33,225 nt of DNA from positions 1 to 33,225 of IMG/VR virus record IMGVR_UViG_3300028558_000013; one strand, 5' to 3'. The notes beneath the pieces were generated by a model. That model did not search any database, was not told the DNA's origin, and was given only the letters and a program-made list of their open reading frames with translations. Position 1 is the stretch's first letter. Each line of letters opens with the position of its first letter. Both the position numbers and the translations under genes were made by a program. This stretch comes from a virus. This document shows, in pieces, positions 21,937 to 29,341 of this stretch.

Positions 21937-22167
21937 TTATCCGATCAGTCCGAGCAATTTAAATAGCCCCAGCACTACACCAGCTGCAATCGCTCCAGTG
22001 ACAGCCGATATCCATTTCTTTTTGTCGATGGATTTCGCCTTGATGTCCTCGGCTATGCCCTTGAGCAAGACCGTCTGTTCAGCCTGAGTCACCTTCAGCT
22101 CAGTAACTGCTTGTTCGACGTTGATGAGCCTTTGGAGATCATCCGGTCGCAGTTCGACTTGGGCCAT
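21937..22167 (-). CDS. Tail-anchored small membrane protein (holin-like candidate)
   Basis: ORF track, 76 aa. A charged helical N-terminus is followed by the C-terminal TM segment WISAVTGAIAAGVVLGLFKLLGLIG. Confidence 0.6.
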   Translation of the reverse strand: MAQVELRPDDLQRLINVEQAVTELKVTQAEQTVLLKGIAEDIKAKSIDKKKWISAVTGAIAAGVVLGLFKLLGLIG

Positions 22168-22170
22168 CGA

Positions 22171-22524
22171 TTACGACACAGTCCCAGCAAGTAACAGTCC
22201 TGCAGCCAGAAGAGCCGACTCAGCCGCCTTAAGACGTGCACTAATTCCGCCGGTCATCGCAGTGACTAGAGCGGTAAACGCTCCGACCGATGGCGCGGTG
22301 AAGACTTCACATCGGTCGTTGTATCCCAACGGGCTGACAGTAGCTCTGAGGCCCGTACTGACGTCGTCCTTAACTGTCAGCTGATAGGTTCCATACGTGA
22401 TGTTGCCCGTACCCTGGACGACTACCGTGACATAGGCGATGAGGTTGTCGCCGTCGAGCTGGACGCTTGCGACATGGGCCTTTTGGAGGTTTGGGATAGT
22501 GATCGGTGTGGTGAGTGAGAGCAT
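22171..22524 (-). CDS. Hypothetical protein downstream of the tail fibre (fibre accessory or assembly candidate)
   Basis: ORF track, 117 aa. Called by position only. Confidence 0.55.
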   Translation of the reverse strand: MLSLTTPITIPNLQKAHVASVQLDGDNLIAYVTVVVQGTGNITYGTYQLTVKDDVSTGLRATVSPLGYNDRCEVFTAPSVGAFTALVTAMTGGISARLKAAESALLAAGLLLAGTVS

Positions 22525-22536
22525 TTAATTAATCCC

Positions 22537-23640
22537 TTAGCTTGCCAGTAATCCGTACGCCTTGAGAGCCTTGACGATGTCCGAGATGCGATAGGCGGTA
22601 GCGCCTGTGCCGCCGGTGAATGTCGACACATCCTGAACGGAGGTACCGGAACCGGCAGTAAAACCCGTCGACGTGCCAGTGGTGTTCTGCTGAGCAACGG
22701 GCGTGACGTTAACGCCGAAGTTCCCGTCGAAACGGGTCGCGCCAGCCTGCACCCACAAGCTGTAGGCATTGGCGATCATGGCGTTGGTGCCGGCGACGGG
22801 AGCGCCTTCAATGGCGACTGTCGCAGCGTTCGTGATGGTCGAAACGCCCACGAATGCGTAGGTGGGTGGCTTGATTCTTACTGCCCGCTGGGTCGTCAGA
22901 GCACCGGTTGCCCAAGTCCGAGTGCGGGACAAGTCGAAGTTGACGTCAAACGCCTCGGTGCTTGCGGTGGTGCCAGTGTCAGCGGCGGGAGTGAGACCGA
23001 ACTTTGTGACAACGCCCGAAGCGGTCGCGGGAGGGGTAAGGTTCGTGACTGACTGAAACGTGAAACCACCAGATGACGCGATGGCGATTTGCGTTCCAGC
23101 GACACCGAAGCATAGGAAGCCACCAGAGTGGTAAAGGCCGATTTTGCTCGCAATCGGTCCCAAGGTTAGATGGGGCTGCGCGGCTGTCGCGTTGGTGACG
23201 GGGCTGATATTGATGCCCTGGATGTCAGCTGTCGTTCCGAGCGTCGCCAGCGGGGTGAGAGTACCCGCCGTCATCGTCGAGATTACCCGCGTGGCAGTCT
23301 CGGCCGTGTCGGTCGCAACAGTCAACGCGGTCGAGTCGGTCATTACCCGACGTAGGTTGCCGGCTGCCGACTGCAGGTCGACCGCATCTCCGATACCGAA
23401 GCTGGCGGCGGTCGTACCCGAGCTGGTGTGCTTGAGTACCCGCGCGATCGGCGCTGTGTTGGTGACGTTGTCGGCGAGCGCGAATAGTGCGTTCTGACCG
23501 AGGGTGAGTGCTGCCAAAGCGTTCAGACCCGCGTTTGCGGTGACATTCCCCGTCCCGCCTTGATTGATCGCCAGCGGCAGCGTGATCGAGCTGCCTCCGC
23601 CGCCGCCACCGAATCCAGAACCGAAAATACTAGCCGACAT
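22537..23640 (-). CDS. Tail fibre protein
   Basis: 367 aa with a Gly-rich N-terminus. LPLAINQGGTGNVTANAGLNAL resembles the recurrent GGTGxxTxAxARxNLG motif of phage fibre N-termini. The remainder is Thr/Ala/Gly-rich, suggesting a beta-rich fold. Confidence 0.65.
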   Translation of the reverse strand: MSASIFGSGFGGGGGGSSITLPLAINQGGTGNVTANAGLNALAALTLGQNALFALADNVTNTAPIARVLKHTSSGTTAASFGIGDAVDLQSAAGNLRRVMTDSTALTVATDTAETATRVISTMTAGTLTPLATLGTTADIQGINISPVTNATAAQPHLTLGPIASKIGLYHSGGFLCFGVAGTQIAIASSGGFTFQSVTNLTPPATASGVVTKFGLTPAADTGTTASTEAFDVNFDLSRTRTWATGALTTQRAVRIKPPTYAFVGVSTITNAATVAIEGAPVAGTNAMIANAYSLWVQAGATRFDGNFGVNVTPVAQQNTTGTSTGFTAGSGTSVQDVSTFTGGTGATAYRISDIVKALKAYGLLAS

Positions 23641-23697
23641 TTAATTGAGTCCTTGCTGCACTGCACCTGCCGATTTGAAAAGTTTCGCTCACCAGAG

Positions 23698-24099
23698 TTA
23701 GCTCAGACTCTTCACGATGCCGATTGCGCGGACTGTGCCGCTACCGCTTGTCGGCGTGAACGTGTAACGAATACACCTCGCGCACACGCTGGCCTGGACA
23801 AATTGATTTTCTCCGCTGACACCAGAGACGACTGCGACGATCACAGGAGTGAACGCAGCCGTGATATCCGAGAACGTCCCGGTGGTCTGCGCCTGGCCGT
23901 AGGCATTGTTGAGCGGGGCCACGAAATCGTTGCTGACTTCGATCTTCCAGCTACCCGAAAGACCAGTGGTGACCAGCTGGACACCGACCCAATCGCCTTC
24001 AGCGAGGTCCATGGGACCAGCAACAGCTGGAGTGGTGTCGGTGACTGTCTTGGTCAGGAAGTCAAACTCTTGGCCGTTTCCAATAACAACTCTACCCAT
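23698..24099 (-). CDS. Hypothetical virion protein, beta-rich by composition
   Basis: ORF track, 133 aa. The ATG lies 4 nt after 17-mer copy C and has no SD. Confidence 0.6.
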   Translation of the reverse strand: MGRVVIGNGQEFDFLTKTVTDTTPAVAGPMDLAEGDWVGVQLVTTGLSGSWKIEVSNDFVAPLNNAYGQAQTTGTFSDITAAFTPVIVAVVSGVSGENQFVQASVCARCIRYTFTPTSGSGTVRAIGIVKSLS

Positions 24100-24103
24100 A
24101 ACG

Positions 24104-24120
24104 GAACGGTTAAGTGGTTG
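24104..24120 (-). promoter_or_regulatory. 17-mer CAACCACTTAACCGTTC, copy C
   Basis: Exact copy in the 56-nt gap between the 263-aa and 133-aa genes. Confidence 0.6.
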
Positions 24121-24155
24121 GCGTCTGCCACCGCTCCGCGGGTAAGGTCGTACAG

Positions 24156-24947
24156 TTAGGCGGTCAACGACTTTTGAGCTAGCGTCTGGTCGTCTTGAGG
24201 TCGGGGCGTGACGGCTGCTTGCTTCGCTCGCTGCTTTGCTCGGGCAACGTTGTCCTGAGCCAGCTTCAACAGCTTGGGGTCGATAGGGCCGTTGCCCTGC
24301 CAGGCCCTGACCCCCACCTCGGCGCGCGGAGATAATTCGAAATCCCTATTCGCTGACTTCGCCTTGATAGTCTCGACAAGGATCGCCCAATCGATATATG
24401 CGGCGATGGTGGGGTAAGTCTCTCGGACAGCTTTGCCCTGCGAGATGAGCAGAGCGGCTGTAGCCATGAGAGGGAAAATGGTCGTGGGGTCGTCTAGGAC
24501 TTCAAGTTTCGCAATGAACTTCCACAACCGAGAGTCGGAGGGGAGCAGGTTGGTTGACCCCGTGACCGTCTGGTAGGTCGAAACGGGGTAGTCAGCCAGC
24601 AAACCCTTGACGATCGACGAAGCAGAGATAACCAGAGCCGCACCGGTCGTACGCATGTCGTGAGGAAATGAATCGGCCATCTCCATGAGCTGGTGGACAT
24701 CCCATCCACGATTCAGCTCCTTGAGCATTTGGCGATAATTCAATTTCTCGTGATAGGTGTCTCCCAACCCACCGTGCACAAGGTTCCTTGCGAGCCGCTG
24801 CAGAGTGCGGGGCAGGTTGACCATTTTCTTGATGTCCTCACGCGTGACGAATTCGACCTTGCGTGAGATGACGCTTCGTAATCCTAAAATGGCCAATGCA
24901 GCTTCGACTGGCGCAATCGGGGGACCCTTAAGAGCCTTGGTCGCCAT
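24156..24947 (-). CDS. Hypothetical helical virion-module protein
   Basis: ORF track, 263 aa. Its start overlaps the stop of the 620-aa gene by 1 nt. Confidence 0.6.
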   Translation of the reverse strand: MATKALKGPPIAPVEAALAILGLRSVISRKVEFVTREDIKKMVNLPRTLQRLARNLVHGGLGDTYHEKLNYRQMLKELNRGWDVHQLMEMADSFPHDMRTTGAALVISASSIVKGLLADYPVSTYQTVTGSTNLLPSDSRLWKFIAKLEVLDDPTTIFPLMATAALLISQGKAVRETYPTIAAYIDWAILVETIKAKSANRDFELSPRAEVGVRAWQGNGPIDPKLLKLAQDNVARAKQRAKQAAVTPRPQDDQTLAQKSLTA

Positions 24948-26809
24948 TACTCGTCTCCCTCTTCTTCGGTCGGTGCTGGAGCTGCTGTTGGAGCAGGCGC
25001 AGCGGCTGCAGTCGTGTCACTCGGGGGAGTTGACGGGATGGTGAGAAGTCCGCCGGGTGTGGTCGATCGCAGTGCAGCTATACGGGCAGCCGCCCCTGGG
25101 ACTGCCTGGAACGCGGCTAGCTGTTTCTGTGCCCACTGGTTACCCTGGCCAGCCGCATAGACGATTTTCGCCAGCGTATCGTTACCCCGACGGACAGCAG
25201 CTCCAGCTCCTTTGAGAACGTGAGGAGCGAGAATCTCAGCTCCACCAGTAATTACATCGCCATGAAGTAGGCTTCCTACGCCTGCCATCTTTGACAGGTT
25301 GCCAGCGGTATCAATGACCTTCTGACCCAAGGTAGTTTGACGGCCGGTCGTCTGCTTCTCTAGAGCCGTTTCAAGAGCATCACGCGAGGCGATACCCATC
25401 GAAATCAATTTGTCGTTGTGACGGATTCTCTCGACTGCCGCTTTTGCCTCAGCCGACATAGCTCCAGCGTCGTTCAAGCTCTTCTCAAGAGCGTCATTCA
25501 TCACGTGGTCAGCCGCTGTCGCGATACGGTAATGCTCGGTCTCTGCGATTGAGCCCAGCGTTTCCTTGGCGTGCTGCTGAGCCGCAGACGTCGCCTTCCG
25601 CAGGCGGAGCAGATCGACCTTAGCGTTGGGGTCATACTTGAAATTGAGAGACTCGATCGCCTGGTGGAGGGAGTCGGGAACGTCTCCGGCTTTCGCCTCA
25701 GGGTTGGTAGACCGGGTCAGGTCGATCGCTGCCTGCTGAACGTCTTTCTTTGTCAGCTGCTCTGTCTTGGGCAGGAAGGGAGAGAGTTTCTCTAGCTCCT
25801 GACCGATCTTCGTCTCGACGTTGGCGTCTGCGATGACATTTCGGGGGACCGTGCTCCAGGTGTTGCGGAGGTAGTCGGCCATGTTGCCGAGCACCTTCGA
25901 TTCACCCTGACGCCCCTCTGTGGAACCGGCGTAACTGGCTTCTTTCTCGAAGCGGTTGACGATCGAACCGACTTCGGCCGTGGCCTTGCCGCCAGACGCG
26001 ATCTCGTAGTTGTGGAGACGGTCAGAGCTGACGTGGTCGATGTAGTTTTGGGCTGCGTCGATTGCCTCAGGGATTTTGCCCGCTCGTGCGTTCGTTTTGA
26101 CCGCTTCGAATTCATCGGAATGCAACATCTCCTTGAATTCGGCCGGGTTCGCTTCCTGGACTTGGTGGGCGAGCTTGATCTCCTTCGGCTTGGCCCTACC
26201 GAAAATGTCGGCGTTCGTGTCGCTGGCGTGCTTCGCTTCACTGGAGTCGATCGCCTTCGAGGTCAGAGCATGGAGAACGCCACCAGCCACACCACCAACG
26301 CCGGCACCCTTGACGGTGTCGGCTGCGATGTCGCTGGCGTTGGTACCTTCGGAACCACCGAAACCAGCTAGGCCACCTTGGATCGCACCTTCGACTGCTC
26401 CACCAGCAAGACCGGCGACCTTGGCCGCACGTGTACCGACTAGACTAGCTTCAACGGCCTTGCCCGCTGCCCCAACGCCAGGGATGAACGACGTAGCCAG
26501 CGACCCGCCAAGCTCGCCTCCGCCATAGACGTAAGGGTGCGCTTCCTGAGCAGCTCGATTGTTGGCTCGCGATTCGTCTCGGGCTTGCTCGTATTTCTTC
26601 TTCGTCAGGATGCTTTCGACAAGCCCAGTCAGCTCGTCGCTGAGTCCGAACGAAGCCCCTTGGAGAGCCCCCCTTCCCAGAGCTTCGAGCGCTCCAGGGG
26701 TTTGGACAGGCTGGTTGAGTGGAGCTAGGTCAGCCTGAGAGATGGGGGTAAAGCCGGCGGGGCCCGCAGACGGAGCCAGGTCCGCCGCGGTGATAGGCGT
26801 GAACGCCAT
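24947..26809 (-). CDS. Internal virion or ejection-like protein (Gly/Ala-rich hydrophobic N-region)
   Basis: 620 aa. It has an N-terminal duplicated FTPI(T/S)xADLAP motif and GGxxGG-rich segments. It is translationally coupled to its neighbours. The function is inferred from podovirus gene order. Confidence 0.55.
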   Translation of the reverse strand: MAFTPITAADLAPSAGPAGFTPISQADLAPLNQPVQTPGALEALGRGALQGASFGLSDELTGLVESILTKKKYEQARDESRANNRAAQEAHPYVYGGGELGGSLATSFIPGVGAAGKAVEASLVGTRAAKVAGLAGGAVEGAIQGGLAGFGGSEGTNASDIAADTVKGAGVGGVAGGVLHALTSKAIDSSEAKHASDTNADIFGRAKPKEIKLAHQVQEANPAEFKEMLHSDEFEAVKTNARAGKIPEAIDAAQNYIDHVSSDRLHNYEIASGGKATAEVGSIVNRFEKEASYAGSTEGRQGESKVLGNMADYLRNTWSTVPRNVIADANVETKIGQELEKLSPFLPKTEQLTKKDVQQAAIDLTRSTNPEAKAGDVPDSLHQAIESLNFKYDPNAKVDLLRLRKATSAAQQHAKETLGSIAETEHYRIATAADHVMNDALEKSLNDAGAMSAEAKAAVERIRHNDKLISMGIASRDALETALEKQTTGRQTTLGQKVIDTAGNLSKMAGVGSLLHGDVITGGAEILAPHVLKGAGAAVRRGNDTLAKIVYAAGQGNQWAQKQLAAFQAVPGAAARIAALRSTTPGGLLTIPSTPPSDTTAAAAPAPTAAPAPTEEEGDE

Positions 26810-28461
26810 TACTCAGACACCATCGAGCCGTCAGGAAGTTTAAATGCACGCTTCCCAGCGTTTGTCAGGCCGATGCTGACAGTCCCGGGAGGCAGTCCGG
26901 CAGGGATACCCGTGTCAGTCTTCGGGGCGAAGTCACCTCGGAAGCCAGCGACGTGACGTCGGGCTCTCTCAGCCTGTGCGGCGTTCGAAGCCGATAGGCC
27001 GGTCTGGGGGTTGAGTTCCTGATTCTCGAACTGCGACACCAGAGCGTTGACCTGCTGGCGCTTTTCGTCGCCCACACCTTTGAGGAGTGAGCCGAGCTGC
27101 TGTGTGTACTGCTCACCAGCCTGAGGGTTGCCCGAGACGGAGCCCCACTGAGACGAGAGACGGTCACCAAGCGTCTGCATCCCCTGGAGCAGGTGAACAG
27201 ACGTCGTCGTCGATTTACCGCCCGAGATCATTCCTCCAGCCTCTTCCTCGATCGCCTTGATCGTGGTGAGTGCTCGGTTCTTGTCGCCTGACGAAATCGC
27301 CTCTCCCAGCTCCTTCTGCATCGACGAGAGGCGAATCAGCTGGGTACGGGGCCCGGGGCTTCGAGTCGTGCCGTCCAGCTGCTTCTCAAGGAAGCTCTTG
27401 GCGCGTGTATCCAGCTCCTTGAACTGCTTGTCATCGGCCTTCGCAGCTGCAGCCTTCGCAGACGCTTCCGCTGCCTGAGCCCGCATGAGGGAGATTTGAG
27501 CGAGGTTGAGACGAGCTTTCTCGATTCCTTCGACACCCTTGCTCTTGAGCTGGGCCGCTAGGACATCTCCCTGTGTGCGATCGACCTTGCCCTGAGCCTC
27601 ATTCATCACCGAGTTGATATGGTCGGCAACGGAGAGATTGGTGGCCGAATGTTGGATCTGCAGCTCGGACAAGTCCGCCGCTTGCTGCAGGCGCAGCTGG
27701 TCTGTCATACGCCCGCGTGCTTCGGCGTACTTATAGAGGTTGTCGATACGGTCTTTTTCGCGTGAATAGAACGTGTCAACGTTGTGCTGGATGATGTTGT
27801 AAGCGGCGTTTGGCTGTCCGAGCATGCTGGACGCGAACCCGCCGATCGTTGATGCGGCAACAGCCCAAGTGAGTTTCCCTTCATCCCCTGCCCAGAAGTC
27901 TGGGATCTTCGAGTTGTGGGCTTCCTCTAGGGCTTTGTTTGCCTGTGCCGTCGACTCTGCGAGCGCCTGTGAATGCTGCGCCCGCGTCTGACGGATTTCT
28001 TCGGACTGGGCGAGGTGTTGGGCCTGTGCGTCCTCTTGAGCACGGGCAACGGCTTCGCTCTTCTGCGCTTGCGCGTCTGCACTTAGGCGAGCGGCTGTCT
28101 GCTCTTCTTTATTTGCAGAGATGACCTGCTTTTCGAGAGAGCTACCCCCTCCCCCTCCACCAATGCCAGGTGATGCCGGAAGAGGGGGAGGCGGCGGGAG
28201 GTCGGTAGGCGATGTGGCGGGAGGCGCAACCGGAGCCGCTGGGACGGTTGGCGTGGGAGGCAGTAGAGACGGCGGGATCGTCACTCCCGCGGCTTGAGCG
28301 GCTGTGATATCTGCCGGCGTGGCCTGGATGGGGGCTGGCGCTACCGCGGTCGGGCGGGCAACGGCATCCGCCCGGAGCATGTCGAACTCGTTAGCCGGTG
28401 TCTGGTCAGGTTCGACTTCCGCGCCAGGAGGGAGCGGCTGCAAAGGATCGAAGTTCGGCAT
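26809..28461 (-). CDS. Internal virion or ejection-like protein (Pro-rich N-terminus, long Gln/Ala coiled coil)
   Basis: 550 aa. PPPPPLPASPGIGGGGGGSS is followed by an extended heptad-like region. Confidence 0.55.
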   Translation of the reverse strand: MPNFDPLQPLPPGAEVEPDQTPANEFDMLRADAVARPTAVAPAPIQATPADITAAQAAGVTIPPSLLPPTPTVPAAPVAPPATSPTDLPPPPPLPASPGIGGGGGGSSLEKQVISANKEEQTAARLSADAQAQKSEAVARAQEDAQAQHLAQSEEIRQTRAQHSQALAESTAQANKALEEAHNSKIPDFWAGDEGKLTWAVAASTIGGFASSMLGQPNAAYNIIQHNVDTFYSREKDRIDNLYKYAEARGRMTDQLRLQQAADLSELQIQHSATNLSVADHINSVMNEAQGKVDRTQGDVLAAQLKSKGVEGIEKARLNLAQISLMRAQAAEASAKAAAAKADDKQFKELDTRAKSFLEKQLDGTTRSPGPRTQLIRLSSMQKELGEAISSGDKNRALTTIKAIEEEAGGMISGGKSTTTSVHLLQGMQTLGDRLSSQWGSVSGNPQAGEQYTQQLGSLLKGVGDEKRQQVNALVSQFENQELNPQTGLSASNAAQAERARRHVAGFRGDFAPKTDTGIPAGLPPGTVSIGLTNAGKRAFKLPDGSMVSE

Positions 28462-29318
28462 TAGAGCGTAGACGGGCCGGAGGGCGGGTTGCCGTACGGG
28501 TTGCGCTCTTCCTCGTCCTCAGGCAGCACCGAGGAGAGACCCAACGTCGACGGTGAATAATTTCCCGTCTTCGGGTTGATATCGGGCCCTTCGTAGGGCA
28601 GCGTCGACGCGAGGGAGCTGGTCGGTGCGTGAACACCAGCTCCCGCATTGTTGGCAGCTTGCCCAGCGGCGATCCCCGCTGCAGCGTTTGGGTTCACAGT
28701 CGGTGGCTTGGCCAAGAGAGCCAGCCCTCCCGCGGCTGCATTCAGCCCAGACAGCTCCATTTTCTGCTTGTTAGCTGCGTCTGCAGCTGCAACAGCGTCG
28801 CGCTCCTGGCCCTCGGTTCGGAGGTCGCCGCTCGCAACGCTGGACATGTTATTGAGGACTCCACCGAGCTGTTGGTCCGCGGCCTGGCGCTCCCTTACAG
28901 CTGCCAGTTCAGCGGACTGATTTGCCGCCGCGCCCGACTGTGCGGCTGCGAGAATGGCCGCGTAGCGCGCGAGAGCGCCGGTATTACCTCGGGCGCCTGC
29001 CGCCATAGAGGACGCGTTGCGGTTAATCTGGTCTAGTCCGGCCCCCAGATCGGCGCTGGCTACGCTAGGAGTCTTGCCCGAGGCCACATCACGCAACGTC
29101 TGGGCAAGCTGCTGCTGCTGGGCAAATGCCTGGCGCTCGCGCTCTAGTTGCTCGTCAAGCTGCTGTTGAGTAAATGAGGAGCTGGGACCGCCCGAAGACA
29201 GCATGCCTTCGAGGGTGCCACCAAGCCCGCCACCAATAGCAGCGCCAGCTGGGCCACCGATAAATGCACCAAGCCCAGTTCCGGCGACGGGCAGAAGACT
29301 ACTAAGCGAAAATGCCAT
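28461..29318 (-). CDS. Internal virion-like protein with a glycine-zipper N-terminus
   Basis: 285 aa. The N-terminus is LLPVAGTGLGAFIGGPAGAAIGGGLGGTLEG. The ATG lies 6 nt after 17-mer copy D. Confidence 0.55.
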   Translation of the reverse strand: MAFSLSSLLPVAGTGLGAFIGGPAGAAIGGGLGGTLEGMLSSGGPSSSFTQQQLDEQLERERQAFAQQQQLAQTLRDVASGKTPSVASADLGAGLDQINRNASSMAAGARGNTGALARYAAILAAAQSGAAANQSAELAAVRERQAADQQLGGVLNNMSSVASGDLRTEGQERDAVAAADAANKQKMELSGLNAAAGGLALLAKPPTVNPNAAAGIAAGQAANNAGAGVHAPTSSLASTLPYEGPDINPKTGNYSPSTLGLSSVLPEDEEERNPYGNPPSGPSTL

Positions 29319-29324
29319 ACACCT

Positions 29325-29341
29325 GAACGGTTAAGTGGTTG
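29325..29341 (-). promoter_or_regulatory. 17-mer CAACCACTTAACCGTTC, copy D
   Basis: Exact copy. The TAA stop of the 1115-aa gene (29331-29333) lies inside it. Confidence 0.6.

Noticed and set aside
23681-23689. Partial 13-mer matches: AGTTTCGCT at 23681-23689 and AGTTTCGC at 24505-24512
   Set aside because: Only 8-9 nt match, and both are antisense to the virion operon. Matches of this length are expected by chance in 66 kb of two-strand sequence. They are noted only as possible weak sites.
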